Position numbers and translations under genes: made by a program. Source: Leucoraja ocellata (taxonomy: Eukaryota). Taken from it: a stretch of DNA of 64,000 bases. This document shows, one piece after another, positions 11,981 to 25,720 of this stretch (positions are counted from its first letter, which is position 1; each line of letters starts with the position of its first letter). The notes below the pieces were generated by a model. That model saw only the letters and a program-made list of their open reading frames with translations. It searched no databases and was not told the origin of the DNA. The stretch lies in NCBI GenBank assembly GCA_036785375.1, contig JAWMAR010000023.1:3286001-3350000 (forward strand), given 5' to 3'.

Positions 11981-13249
11981 TGTCACTGAGTTGCCTGGTT
12001 ATTTTCGCACAATGAGCTTCACACAAAACACATACTCTCAAAACCTGCATCTACATATCTGTATTGTCAACGAGATTCAGTGCATAGCTAGCAGGAGACA
12101 GTGATCTGGAATAATTTGTCCTTCAGTAGTGCAAAGATGCTGTAATTAATTGCAATATCATCACTAAAGCCCAGCCAATAATTAGTTAACTCAACACACA
12201 CATTGCAGATCAAATGTAGGATATTCCCTGGGAATAGGCTCAGGGATATAATTGATAAACTCTCTACAGTATTTACTTTGGTGATTAATTCATGGTTATT
12301 GGCAAATCTACGAAATTGTTCCCATATCTGTACTTAGCATAGGTTTACTGAAAAATATTTCTTTTTCCAGTGTAATATTTTCACTTACATAACGGCAAAA
12401 AATGGATAAATGCAACAGACAATCCATTGCTAACCACACAGTCCCAGTTCGGGAGACAAATGGTGTTCAAGGAGTGGAAATCATCATTCTGCCCATTATT
12501 CATATCAGGTATTGAATGGAAAGATCACTTCAGTCTGTGTAATCAAAACAATATCCTACAGGTGAGTATGGGAGAATATTCATGTGAAAAACTAATAATG
12601 CCACATATAAATGTTACACATACACCCTTGGTGCCTTCATAATTAATAACTGGTCCCATCACGTATGTGACTATATGGAGAAATTGTTCAACAAACCTGT
12701 CTGTAAACTGCCTATGCATCTACCATGTAGATGCTGGTCTCTGTGCAAGCATCATTTCAACTTTTGTAAACTTCCAGGGAAGCTAAAATGTTAAATGAAA
12801 TGAATCTGCATGCACACCCATCTCCAATATAAACCTTCATAATTATAGATACGACTTATGGGTATACATTTACACAACCTCTAGCTCCTTAGTGCCCTTT
12901 AAATTTGGTTGACATAGAATCAAACCTCTGGCATTCAAGAGATTTCAGATTTGGTTTCCTGTTGCAACCTTAGACTTTTCACTTTGTTTTTCACTGATGG
13001 GTTGTCACTTTGACACCTACTAGTTAAAGTATACAGTCCTCCTTTCAATATCTAAGTGCCAGTGCTTCTCCTCATATTACACACCGGCAAACCAACAAAA
13101 TTATAATTAGGTCAGGTCAGATTAGTTGATAATATGCCATTTTAAGGTTATTCTATAACAATGACCGCCAGTATGTTAATTTAAGTTTTACACTATAAAG
13201 TTTATTTGCTGACTTTTCCATTACAGTAATTGTGCTCTGAGGTATTGTA

Positions 13250-13520
13250 TTTAGTTTAGAGATACAGAGTTAAAACAGGCCCTTCAGCCCACCGAGTCTG
13301 CGCCGACCATCGATCACCCGTACACTAGTTCTATCCCACACACTAGGGACAATTTGCAGAATCCAATTAATCTACAAACTTGTACGTCTTTAGGAAATCT
13401 AAGCACCCGGAGAAAACTCATGCGGTCACAGGGAAAACGTACAGACAGCACCCATTGTCAAGAACGAGCACGGGTTTGTGGCGCTTTTAAGGCAGCAACT
13501 CTACTGCTGCACCACTGTGC
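13250..13520 (-). mobile_element. tRNA-derived SINE (HE1/V-SINE-like)
   Basis: Head GCACAGTGGTGCAGCAGTAGAGTTGCTGCC; tail GAAGGGCCTGTT...CTAAACTAAA; homologous to 39132-39432. Confidence 0.75.
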
Positions 13521-13992
13521 TATCCTTGATTGTTGACTGCAAAGGTAAATTGCCCTCATAATAAAAATAACTAAAGTTATAATCAAATTCAGATGCTCAA
13601 AATGATATGATGAAACATTTAGAATTGATTGTGGTCTTGTCTATTAGTTCTATTACAATCATTATTTAATAAAATTAAAATATCGATGTTGTGTAACATA
13701 GAAAAAATATTTTCCAGGCACTAACCTTACATTCTTTGAGAAGATTTTAATGAAGTAAATGAAAGATAATCATGATGAAAAACAAAAGGAAAATTAAATT
13801 AAGTATTTATTGCTGCCACTAATAATGAAATGTGCAGCTAATCAGTTAGCCACCTGAAAAAAAAATGTGTCAGTAAGAGCAAGGCAAAATAAAAAATGAT
13901 TTGCACATTATGTGATGAAAATAAAGACCCCAAGGCAATTTGAAGAATGATTTTGGGGTTCGGCAGTCTGGTTGTGGAGGATCTCATCATAG

Positions 13993-14375
13993 CAGTGCTT
14001 CCACAAAAAAAAATATAGAATCCCAAATTTTCTGGAATTTGATGGTATTTCCTGAAATTTAAGCCTTTCCCAACTGCGCATGTGCGACTGCCGCCCCAAC
14101 TGCACACACACGGATAACGGGCCCACTGCGCGGGCGTGGGGAGATGCGTAATTTTATGTCCCTACCACGTCACCAGCGCCATTTTCAATTGTGACTCGGC
14201 TGACGGGCCTCCCCCCAACTGCGCAGTAAATATACTTTTTTTCCGCAAATCATCCCGTGGGCCTTCGCAGGCCGGATGCGGAAATTTCCCGAAATTATTT
14301 AATTTCCCTAAAATTACCCGAAGACAACCAGAATTTCCAGAATTTTGGGCAATTTCCTTCAATGTGAAAACACTG
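13993..14375. mobile_element. Non-autonomous hAT DNA transposon (MITE)
   Basis: TIRs CAGTGCTTCCACA / TGTGAAAACACTG; 8-bp TSD CATCATAG / CATCAAAG; subterminal inverted repeat CCCAAATTTTCTGGAATT / AATTTCCAGAATTTTGGG. Confidence 0.8.
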
Positions 14376-14555
14376 CATCAAAGTTACGGAGATGGGAGGG
14401 AACAAGAACACCAGGGGCATTTAACACAGTAACACAGAATTTCAAATTTCTAACACAGGGGAACCAGGGTACAGTGTGGGCTAGCAGGAAAGGAGGTAAT
14501 GAGAATGTGGAATGTGGTGAGAGATAGGAAGTAGACAATACATTTTTGGATGTAA

Positions 14556-14722
14556 GGACACAAAGTGCTGGAGTAACTCAGTGGGTCAGGCAGCATCTTT
14601 GGAGAACATGAATTGACGATGTTTTGCGTTGCGACCAAACCAGAGATACTGCTTGGCCCACTGAGTTTCTCCAACACTTTGTGTCCATTTGTGTAAACCA
14701 GCATCTACGGTTGCTTGTTTCT
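14556..14722. mobile_element. Fold-back Penelope-derived short element
   Basis: GGACACAAAGTGCTGGAGTAACTCAGTGGG paired with CCCACTGAGTTTCTCCAACACTTTGTGTCC. Confidence 0.65.
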
Positions 14723-15342
14723 ATAGTTTTGGATTAGTTGAAGTTACCAGAGGGCAGTTAAGAAAGCACTCAAGGAGGGCTGTCTGGAATTAGTGATTCC
14801 TTATGTTTAAGAGAATATGAAGAGCTCATAACTGGCAATAGTATAAGATTGGTCAGAGAGAGGAATGGAATCATTGGTAATAGTGGAATTGGTGGTTAAA
14901 TACTATTAATATAGTTTTAAAGCTTCATTGGCCTAATAGCAAAATACTACATTTCTTGCTGGGATTAATAGTTTTCCATTCATGAAAATGTTTAGCCTCA
15001 TTTATACACTAATTTTAATCCTCAAACGGATGTCCTTATCCAAAAGCAATGAGCCTGTAATAGTCTCTTTCTCATGAGGTCATTGATAACTCTGCAATGG
15101 GACCATAATAAAATATTGCAATTAGTTGGTATATCTATGCCTGGAAAAGATTACAGTATTATTATTTAGAATTGTTACTCTACATGAAGTAAGATAAGAT
15201 TACAGTATTCTTATTTTGAATAATTAATAGTTTGACAAAGGCGCCAACCAGTTTGTGAAAATGGTAATTTGACCAAGAGTTTGGCTTGCGATTGAACTGT
15301 GGTTCTGCATGTAATTACGTCCTTAAGAGTGAAGATAGGTAA

Positions 15343-16352
15343 AGGGCCTGTCCCACTTTCACAAGGTAATTCACGAATTCTCCCGAGTTGTCCCCTTGAT
15401 TCAAACTCGCAGAATGTTCGTAACGAGTCCGTAGGAGGTCGTGGAAGTTCGTAGACATATTGTAGCGGCTCGTTATGCTAGCCGTAGGTACTCGTGGCAT
15501 CAGTCGGGACGTTTTCTCCAGTCGGATAAAAAATGTCCACGAGTAAAAAAAAGTTGGGATGAAAGAAATTGCAACTACTCGTAAGGAGGGCGTCAAAATA
15601 GTTGTGGGAATTCGTAGACATACTCGTAGGAGTCCGTAGGAGTTCGTGAACATAGTCGTGGAAGGTCATAGGAGTTCGTAGATTACCATGATCTTGATTT
15701 TTTTTTTAGGTCCTTTAAACTCAGCAGAGGTTTTGAATTACAATACAATACAACACAATACAATTTATTGTCATTTGAGCCTCAGTGAGGCTCAAACGAA
15801 ATTCCGTTTCCACAGCCATACAAACAAAGACAATTTCCTACAAACATACACACAATTTAATTCACACAAACATCCATCACAGTGAACCCACAGTGATGGA
15901 AGGCAAAGTCTTTTCTCTCCCCTGTTCTCCATTTCTCTCCCGATGTCCAAGCCCCAGGCGGGCGATGATAAGCCCCACGGCCATTTTAGGCTGTGCCGGG
16001 CGATTTACGGCCGCGCTCCCGATCTAAAATTCACAATGTTGGAGCCCCCAGCGGGCGCTGTAATGTCCCACGGCCATGAAGTACGTCCCCGCTCCGGGTC
16101 ATTCCAACCCCGCGACACGGGCTGGACAAGTCGCGTTGCGGGAGCTCCGGGAAGCGATCTTTCCACCCGGACCCGCGAGCTCCCGATGTCCCAGTCCACC
16201 GGACCTGCGGCTGCGTTGCTGGAGCCTCCGAGCCCCAGGAGTCGAGTCGCAGCAGCGAGTCACCACCGCTCCCCACGCTCCGAGGCCGGCCAGCCCCACG
16301 ATGGTGAGCAGCCTCATGTAACCAATTAAGCCGTGAAAGTGGGACAGGCCCT
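15343..16352. mobile_element. PIF/Harbinger-type MITE with a nested insertion
   Basis: TIR AGGGCCTGTCCCACTTTCAC / GTGAAAGTGGGACAGGCCCT; TAA and TTA flanks; internal TCGTAG-rich repeats. Confidence 0.8.
15736..16305 (-). mobile_element. Retroelement fragment with (ATTGT)n tail and GC-rich body, nested in the MITE
   Basis: ACAATACAATACAACACAATACAATTTATTGTCA at the left end (polyA signal plus microsatellite tail on -); CpG-rich body. Confidence 0.5.
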
Positions 16353-17492
16353 TTAGAAAAGGTTTGAAAGTATCACCCTGCCACTGTAAGCGAGCATGTA
16401 CTGGTGAGTTTTGCATTCATGAGAATTGAATGTCAGGTTCAATTTACAACTAACAGTTTCTACATCAGCAATTGAACACTACACACTACCTAGTGAACTA
16501 CATAGTTTTTTTTCTCAATGTCTTATGCACTGAATTTTTTTTGCAGTCTTTTTTTCTGCCTTCCAGATTTTTTGTCTAATTTATATATAATTAATGTTTT
16601 TGTGTGTTGCCTGAGTCTATGTGCCTGTGTTGTTGCTGCAAGCAAGGTTTGCATTACACCTGTACCTCACTGCGCTTGTTCATGTGACAATACATTCGAC
16701 TTGACTTGACTTGAGCATTTCATATAGTTAAGCTTTGCTAGGTTTGAGGGAGATACGTCATGATATGCAGGTTATTCTACCCTTTCATACTTCCCATTTT
16801 GACTTTAAGGTGAAGAAATATCGGTCGGCAAACAGCCAAAGCGCAGTTAAAGCAGATAATCGTTTCAGACTGACATTTTGAAGCTCCAATGGTTTTTCCT
16901 TTTTCCCATGAGAATAAATTACTGAGACATTGAGTCTACTGACCTCTCATACTCCTTGACATTTTCTAAAAGCCATCATTTACTTTTTAAAATAAATACT
17001 TGATTGTTTGTGGTTGTTTATTACTTCAATTAGAGGTTTTAAGCTTTCCCAGAACCTTTCATGACTCACTTCTATATTTGATCACTTAGAAAAAAAAATC
17101 CTCATACAATTCCTATAAAAATAAGTATTTATGCAGACATGGGTAACTTGTACCCTCCTGCATGTATCCTTTCCTGTTCCTGCGCATTTCAGTTTTATAA
17201 GAGTGTAGCCAAAAAGCATAGGCCTAAAATTCAATGGCAGCCTCATAGATGGATCACCCATTGGGTCTCTGCATCGAACTCTAAAAATGTTCCACCTTTT
17301 GGGGGGTGGAGTAGAACATGTCGGATAGATGGTCAAGGCACAATGAAAGAAAATATCAGAGGAGGTGGAAGATGGTCATTGGGTTAGAGGAAATCCATAC
17401 AGCCCTGGGTCAGGCCCAGAGGGTGAAGGGAATTTAGTTGTTGGGAGTCTCAGCCTTGCAAAGAGCTGGAAGCCAAAGTTGCCCTGAGAATG

Positions 17493-17712
17493 ACACAAAA
17501 AGCTGTAGTTACTCAGCGGGACAGGCAGCATTTCTGGAGAGCAGAAATGGGTGACGTTTCGGGTTGAGACCCTACTTCAGGCTGAAAGTCACGGAAAAAG
17601 AAAAACGAGAGATATAGACGATGATGTGAGAGATATAGAACAATGAATGAAAGATATGCAAAAAAGTAACGATGACAAAGGAAACAGGCCATTGATTAGC
17701 TGTTTGTGAAAA
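17493..17712 (-). mobile_element. Short Penelope-derived element
   Basis: Pseudo-LTR motif on -; 13-bp TSD TGCCCTGAGAATG at 17480-17492 and 17713-17725. Confidence 0.75.
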
Positions 17713-20019
17713 TGCCCTGAGAATGCCCAGTAATGGTCACATTGGAAGAAAAGGAACATTGTATGTGGAATGGAGTGGAGTGTGCATCAGTTTGTGGTTG
17801 AGCTGGGGCATGATGACTCACTTCTACATTTGATCACATTTCTGTAGTGACCCAACATGACCCAGAAGTATTTGCATTCACATTTCCCTCAAGAAGTTGT
17901 ATTTTGTTTAAATTACAGCTCTGGAGTGAAGTAACAGCATTGTGCAATTGCATTTACAGACAACATTGATCCAGTTAATCCAATCAACCTCCAAGCAGAA
18001 GTCTATGGAAGTGCTTATTAGTAACTCTTGAAGGTAGATAAATTTGGCGTGGAAGACTTTGAAAATACTGATCACTATTAAAATAGAAAGATTTATTGAT
18101 CTGAAATAACAATGTCACCAAGCAAGTGGATAACTGGTTAACAGGATTTAATGCAACACAGAGAGTTTTAGATGTTGTCATACTTACAGAAGGTTGACTG
18201 AGAAAGGCCAGTAAGGAAATGCATTGGAATATGCAATGTACAGAAATAACAATGGCAGAGTGAAGGGTTACAGCAGCACATGAACTGAGGCAGGGTTGGA
18301 AATGCATCTTGCTGTTTAAATCCATTGTTTCTCTTAATTAGACATCAAATATTGTTCCTTGACATATTTCATAACATGTTATGTGATTTATTATTTAAAA
18401 TGATGTGGGTGAATAGGTGGTTATGTAAAGTGTTCTGTGACGTTGATATCACTTTTACCACATCACACCTCAACTGTGGGAGTAAAATAAGAGTTTTTCC
18501 AGTGTAATGAGTCAGAAAGTAAAAAAAGGGACTGCTGGTTAAAGAGGAAAATTAATACTCCTACAAAGCTTTTTGCAAGGTGTGTACATTCATTCTTTGC
18601 ATCTCTAAACTGAGGATTAAGATATGTTGGCCTGGAAACTGGGTTACATGGTGCAGTTTCTTTCAGCGTGTATGGTGCCAGGTTTCCCCGTGATTTAATT
18701 TGCAAATCCTGATTGCACTGTTGAGACATTCCTTATGATACCAATTGGGTGGAACAGCCGGGTTCCATGGGTATTGTGCATGAATGACAGAAGAATAAAC
18801 ATTTGATAGTTGGTGACATCAGTTCTCTTGCGCGTCAATTTGACATCAGCTCTGTCTTTCATCTTTAGAGATTCAGTGTGGATACAGGCCATTCAGTCAA
18901 AACGGACGCATCCATCAAGCTAGTGCATGCATGGGAAAAGCAGGAAGTACCTGCAGCACATGTGATGTGAACAAGTACTCAATTATTTACAGATTTATTA
19001 GTGTTTGACAAGGTTGGGGTGTTCATTAGAACTGTACCATGTTGCTTATTTTAAGGAAGACACATCTTCCAAGGTGCCAGTGTCTCCTTTCTGACCAAGA
19101 AATGGAAGCTTCCATTATGAAGCTGCTAATAGTCTACCGTGACCATGAGGAGTAGGTGTTTAGCATCTCCTTATTTAAAATGAAATATAGGGATGACAAT
19201 ACCAAGCAGTGGAGAAACTCAGATCAAAACCTGCCTGTAGGTAGAAGGCATCGCAGTTTTCTGGCTGCATCCAAGGTCTGTCCGTACATTCATCAGTTTG
19301 AATTGGTATAAGGGCAAGAGTCGACCTCAGGAAAATGAGGCTATGCTTTTTGGCAATCGGCCCGATTGGTCCACTGTCCCCTTCACCGTCAGGTCTGACT
19401 ACCTAAAGGTCTGAGGATCTGGTTCGGAGCAACCGAAGAAGATAGGCAGGGTTAAAAAAGAACTGGGAACTGTGAGGTGGTGCACTCTCATGAAGCAAGA
19501 GTCTGGTTATCAGTATTGCTGTACTTGGTGCAGGTGTGACCCATTCCCTGCTCCTTTGCTACGTAGTCACCTGAGCTATTTTCCGTTTCACCCGGGGACC
19601 CAAGATGGAATGTGTTTACAGGTTGTATTGCACAAGTGCCCAGATAATAGGGCTGTAAAAGCATACCCAACATCTCCCTTGAGGATGGCAACCTGTATCC
19701 AACTATTACCTGCCAGGCTTTGGCCCACTTCTCCTCTCTTCCAACTCCCCCTCGCCAATCAGTCTGAAGATGAGTCCCGACCAGAAACATCATCTATGCA
19801 TGTTTCCCAGAGATGCTGACAGACCTGCTGAGTTACTACAGCACTTTGTGTCTTTCAGTTCTACAGTTCCTTGTTTCATCATTCTATTCTCTCTACATTC
19901 CCTTCAACTTCCCCTTGATTCTACAACTCACCTGAACACTAGAGCAATCTACAGCAGCCATCTACCAACCAGCAAATCTTCATAATGTGGGAGGGAACTA
20001 GAGAACACAGAGGACACAG

Positions 20020-20330
20020 TTGTACAATACATTGGTGATGCCCCATTTGGAGTGATGTGTTCAGCTTTGGTCACCCTGCTATAGGAAGGATGTCATTGAA
20101 CTGGAAAGAGTGCAGAGAAAATTTAAGAGGATGTTGCAACGACTCGAGGGCCTGCACTGCAGGGAGAGCTTGTGCAAGATAGTACTTTGAGTGCAGGAGA
20201 CTAAGAGTTGATTTTGAAGAGGTGTAGAAAATCATGGCGGGAATTGATAGGGTGAATGCACAGAGCCTTCTACGCAGGGTACGGGAATCAAGAACCAGAG
20301 AACATAGGCTTCAGTGAGAGGGGAAAGATT
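20020..20330 (+). mobile_element. Degenerate CR1 LINE fragment
   Basis: Decayed CVQLWSPCYRKDVIELERVQRKF-type coding. Confidence 0.7.
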
Positions 20331-20339
20331 TAAAACAGA

Positions 20340-21320
20340 GAACACTATAGCAAAAGCATCAGGCCCTTCGGCCCACAATGTCTGTGCCAAATATGATACC
20401 AAGACCAACTCTTATCTCCCTGCACATAGTCCAAATCCCACCATTCCATAGATATCCATATGGCTATCCAAAAGTCTCTTGAATGCCATTGTTGTATCTG
20501 CCTCCCCTGGCAGTGTATTCCAGGCACTTACCGCCATCTGTATAACAAAAGCTTATCCCATACATCTTCTGCAAACTTTACCCCTCTCACCTTGAATCTT
20601 TGCCCTCTAGTATTCGATTTTTCCATCCTGGGGAAAAACGTTCTGACTATATCCTATATATATTTCTCATAATTTTGTATACGTCTATCGCTTCTCCCCG
20701 CAGCCTCCCGCGTTCCAGAGAGAACAACCCAAGTCTGTTCAACCTCTCCCTGTAGCTAATACCCAGTAATCCAGGCATCATTCTGGTAAGCTTCCTCTGC
20801 ACACTTTCCAAAGCCTCCACATCCTTCCTATAATGGGGCAAGCAGAACTGCACTCATTACTCAAAAGGCAGCCTAATCAAAGACCAATAAAACTGCATCA
20901 TGACTTACTGACTCTCATACTCAATGCCCCAAACTATGAAGCACTTATGCCATCTTCACTACTCTATCTACTTGTGTTGCCACTTTCAGGCAGTTATGGA
21001 CTTGGATCCCAAGATACCTCTGTACATCAATACTGTTAAAGGCCATCCCATTAATTGAATTGAACAAATTGAATGGAATAAAATGTTATTAGTCGAGTAT
21101 GTATACATACAAGGAATTTTTCTTGGTGTTTTGTTCGCAAAAGGATAAAAACACAATATACAGGAGACACTTACAAATAAAATATTGTATGTTTTCCCCT
21201 TACATTTGGCCTCTCAAAGTGCAACACCCCACATGTGCTTGGATTAAACTCCATCTGCCATTTCTCTGTCCATTTCATACTGCAGAATTTATATCCTGCT
21301 GTATACTTTGGTAGCCTTCC
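20340..21320 (-). mobile_element. CR1 LINE 3' fragment
   Basis: PHYRKDVEALESVQRKLTRMMPGL..SYRERLNRLGLFSLERGRLRG; 3'UTR GGGCCGAAGGGCCTG. Confidence 0.85.
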
Positions 21321-22469
21321 TCACAACAATATATAGAAAATTGCACACTGAGACAATTTTTCTTGCACTCATGATATTCCTAAGCACTTATTATCTTTGA
21401 AATCGAACAATCCAATACTGATCTACATCATGGCTAGGAACACAGTTTAAAATAGCATCTCAAGAGAGCAGAAAGAAGAGGTAGAAAGATGTACACAGGG
21501 AATTCAAAAGCAAAAGTAAGCCAGCTAAGGCCACTGTCTTCAGTTATGGAGTGATTACAAACAGGATGGAATAAAAGGCCAGAATTGGAATAGAGCAAAA
21601 TCCTTGAAGGGATGGAGGAAGTAATGGACAAGGAGAGTTGAGTTGAATCAAGTTAAGAGTGTTTAATTGGCATATGCACTGGGAATGGAACAATGACATT
21701 CTTCTTGGTGTTGGAGGATTTTGAAAAGAAGGGTAAGAATTTAAAATGTCAAGATGCTCCTAGACACGGAGTCAATATATGTATGCCAGAATAATCACTG
21801 ACAGAGTCATTGATAGAATCCATCAGTCAAATGATAATAATCACCAACAGGAAGGTCCCAGGTTCAATTCTCCAGCATGGGCTGATTAGTGTCTCTCAGC
21901 TGAGGAGATTAGGATAAAAAATAAATGTCAGCCAGTGTTCTGCTCATGGTGTCCATTTAGTGAATTGTGTTGGAAATGTGCAGGTATGGACATTGAGTGA
22001 ATGAATCATTGATTTTTCGCTGTGTGCCGTCCCGCATTAACGTTTCCCAATGCATACTGCCTACGTTCATACCTGGATAAGGCATGGATGGATTCCTATA
22101 GACCTGCAACCCAGAAGAGAAGGGATAAAATTGGCAAAAAAAAAGAGGAAATAAAAGAATACAACGTTTATGTTTTTAAAGAAAAACATTTCTGTAAGCA
22201 ATCACCTTATGGAGGTTTTAATAGTTAATAAACTACCAGTTTTAGTGTCTGCATTTATGATTGTTGGTGGGATAATGATACACAGATCCTCCCCCCGGGT
22301 TCAATTCTGACCTTAGGTGTTGGCTGAATAGAATTTACACATACTCCCTGTTACTGTGTGATTTCTGCGGGCATATTAAAGAGGTTGATCGCTTTATGGG
22401 CCACTGTAAATCGGTGGACGTGAGTGGGAGGAGGATCATTGAGAATTGATAGCGATGTTTTCCTATTTC

Positions 22470-23225
22470 TAAAATTAAACTTTATTCAAAATAAAAAATA
22501 TAAACCAAAAACCGTGCAAAACCTCTTCAGACATTCTCAGCTGCTACACATTTATTAGTGTCATACTCAGTTGAGTTTGCGCCTATCTTTAAGCAAACCA
22601 AAATACCCTTACCACTCATGAAGCACCCCTGGAATGATATCCCTTCCCTTGTTTGATGGGCCTTCCCACCAGACTCTGCCCCTCAATGCCAAGCAGTGAA
22701 GAGACGCTAGACCAGGGGTGGGGAACCTTTTCATGTTGGAATGCCGCATTACGTTAGCTGTAATTTAATAAGGCCACATCCAAGAAACTTCAATTAGATA
22801 TACTTCACAACATTTATCTTGAAAGTTGTTGAAGAAATCTATTCCTCGTGTTCTACCCGTAAGAGTGCCCAAAGCAAGTAACTATACGTGGTAATAAAAT
22901 AGCCCTCATGACTTACTAATGTTTTAATTGTGGCCGTCAGTCGGGGAGGATTATTTCGTTGGTATTTTAAATATGTTCTTTTTAAGATTAAAATAAAAAT
23001 AATAAAAGACGAACAAAAACATATTAATAAAAATAAAAGGATTTGTTCTACAAAATTTGGATTCATTCAAAAGGCCGCACTTAATGGCCTAGAAGGCCGC
23101 AGGTTCCCCACCCCTGCGCTAGACTATGGTCCTACTACACAGAGCCTTGGTGTTGGCTGCACCAAACACCAATGAGTGTCTCAGCATGTACTCCTGCAGT
23201 CTGGAATGGACCAGTCAGCAATGTC
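22470..23225 (-). mobile_element. L1/Tx1-like LINE 3' end interrupted by a hAT MITE
   Basis: HSRLQEYMLR..GAANTKAL-like C-terminus on -; 3'UTR ending in AATAAA. Confidence 0.5.
22713..23116. mobile_element. Non-autonomous hAT (Charlie-like) MITE
   Basis: Perfect 16-bp TIR CAGGGGTGGGGAACCT / AGGTTCCCCACCCCTG; perfect 8-bp TSD CGCTAGAC. Confidence 0.92.
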
Positions 23226-23322
23226 GGCCAGAAGGTAGCAATGATATTGCTCTTAATGCTCTTAAGACAGTGGAATTGATTGTGGACTTTAGGAGAGCTC
23301 CCCCTCCCCTCACCCCACATTT

Positions 23323-23715
23323 AGGATGAGAAGGGATCTTATTGAAACATAAGATTATTAAGGGATTGGACATGCTAGAGGCAGGAAACATGTTCCCGAT
23401 GTTGGGGGAGTCCAGAACCAGGGGCCACAGTTTAAGAATAAGGGGTAGGTCATTTAGAACGGAGATGAGGAAAAACCTTTTCACCCAGAGAGGTGAATCT
23501 GTGGAATTCTCTGCCTCAGAAGGCAGTGGAGGCCAATTCTCTGGATGCTTTCAAGAGAGAGTTAGATAGAGCTCTTAAAGATAGCAGAGTCCGGGGATAT
23601 GGTGAGAAGGCAGGAACGGGGTACTGAATGTGGATGATCAGCCATAATCACATTGAATGGCGTTGCTGGCTCAAAGGGCCGAATGGCCTACTCCTGCACC
23701 TATTGTCTATTGTCT
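23323..23715 (+). mobile_element. CR1 LINE 3' end
   Basis: KIIKGLDMLEAGNMFPMLGESRTRGHSLRIRGRSFRTEMRKN; (CTATTGT)n tail. Confidence 0.9.
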
Positions 23716-24116
23716 AAAATTGAAAATGTTGCAGATGATCAGCAAGTCAGGTGGCATTGGCGAAAGAAAAGCATAATGTCTCAGGTTGCAGTCTTTCATT
23801 ACAACTGAGAAATGCCATCTCTGAGTCTGAAACACTAACAATGTTTCACTCACCATTGATACAATTTGACTTGCTATTTTCTGTGATTTCAGATTTCCGG
23901 TGTCTGCTGTATCTTGTTCTTAAAAATATGCATTTTTGAAGCATTATCGTGATCAAAGATATCACCACAATGAATTGGAACTGTTTCCATACGTAGCACT
24001 TGGCATCAGAATCAGGGACACATCAGAATTATCAACAGACAGTAAAATTATGGTGGTTCAGAGCAGATTCTGAAGAAATGCAACTGGCAACTCTGATTGT
24101 TGTCCTCTTGCACTAG

Positions 24117-25720
24117 TTCAGTGAAAAGTAAACTTTATGTTCAATTTTCCAAATGCGTACATTTACTTGTAGGTGTGTTAACATTAATTATTAGTCACAA
24201 CTGAGTAAATTGCTACATAGAATATTTATTTTTAAATTGTACGAATGTACTTATAGAATTGCATCACGTTTCCTGAGTATACTGGTGCCAATGGTTGAAC
24301 TTCTGCATATTGTGTGTTGATTTAAAATCTTTGACTATTTTGCTTACATACAGCATATGACAATAAAAACATAACATCTGTCCCTGTTCTAGCTGGAAAT
24401 GTAGATATGCACAATAGGATAGGCATCATCTGTAAACTACGGAGCAGAGTTAGTGTTCCAAAAATATATTCAAGATAAATACTTAAAAAGCTGTTCTTAA
24501 ATAACATCCATGTGTTCTGGTGAAGGAACATTAATTTGAAACGTTGGCTCCAACATTTGCAATGAAGGTGGGGTGGGGAGTGGGGGAAATAGCTGAATGC
24601 ATCCTATGAACCCAGTAACCCTGGGGATGTATATGCCTTACTGAGCAAATCAAGAACTCATTATTTCCATTTCTCATCAAGCCATTAGCATGGAGAAATC
24701 AGATATTTTGGCTTGGCATTCGGAATATTTCAAATTTCTGAAAAGGTAAAGAAGCCCAAGAGGATTTGAATGTTGAGAGAGAGAGAGATTTGGGGCTCAA
24801 GTGGAGTTAGGAAACACCTCAATGGGTAGAACACATTAATGGGAGGAATAATGATCAGGAGAGTGCTTCAAAACATCCCTGAGAGGATGACAGGGTACTT
24901 GGGATGATGTCACATTCTAAGATTTAATTTTTAACTTCATCTTCTCCTGTCTCTTCTTTTCCAGTTCTGAGGATGGATCACTGTCCTGAAATATTAACTC
25001 TGCTTTTCTCTCCTGCGAAAATAGTTCCAACAATTTCTGTTTTTATCTCAGATTTATCATGATTTTCTTCTGTCAGTCATTGGGCTGCCGTTAACTTTAT
25101 TTCCTTCTCCATGGATGCTGCATGAACTGCCAGATGTGTTTTATCTTAGTGAATACTGCTTATTTCAGTTTTTAGCATGTACAAATTTATAATAGAACCG
25201 CTAGTGAAAATGTCAAGTGGCGGTTACACTTTCCTGAATGTGGAGAGGCTGAAGTAGAAATTAAACAGATGCTAATAACAGATGCACCATATCATAAAGG
25301 TGAGATGCGTGCACCATTCTCATCTTCCATGACTGGCTAACTGACGGTTCTCTTTGGTCTCTTGCAATGGAAAATATAGGACTCAAAAACAAGAAATCTG
25401 TAGTGGATCCACATAACTAAATATACCGTGAATTTTGATCATTGGATTACCAAATTCAACTGAAATTCAGTGAAAAGTAAAATTTATGAATTCAGTTTTC
25501 CAAATGCATGAATTTATTCATGTGGGTTAACATTAATTATTAGTCATTACTAAGTAAATTGTTACTTACAGAATATTTATTTTTAAATTGGAGCACAAAT
25601 GTACTTATAGAACTGCAACACATTTTCCCAGTATACTGGTACAAATAGTTGAACTTCTGCATATTGTGTGTTGATTTAAAATATTTCACTATTTTGCTTA
25701 CATATATGACATAATAAAAA
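24117..25720 (+). repeat. Diverged ~250-bp direct repeat pair (24117-24368 and 25466-25720)
   Basis: Shared blocks TTCAGTGAAAAGTAAA, GTTAACATTAATTATTAGTCA, AGAATATTTATTTTTAAATTG, GTTGAACTTCTGCATATTGTGTGTTGATTTAAAAT. Confidence 0.9.

Noticed and set aside
15943-16416. Overlapping GC-rich ORFs
   Set aside because: No recognisable domain; stop-poor GC-rich TE interior
19190-19690. Balanced-composition, exon-like stretch (possible neighbouring gene exon or pseudogene)
   Set aside because: Frames I translated contain stops and gave no recognisable protein; needs BLASTX
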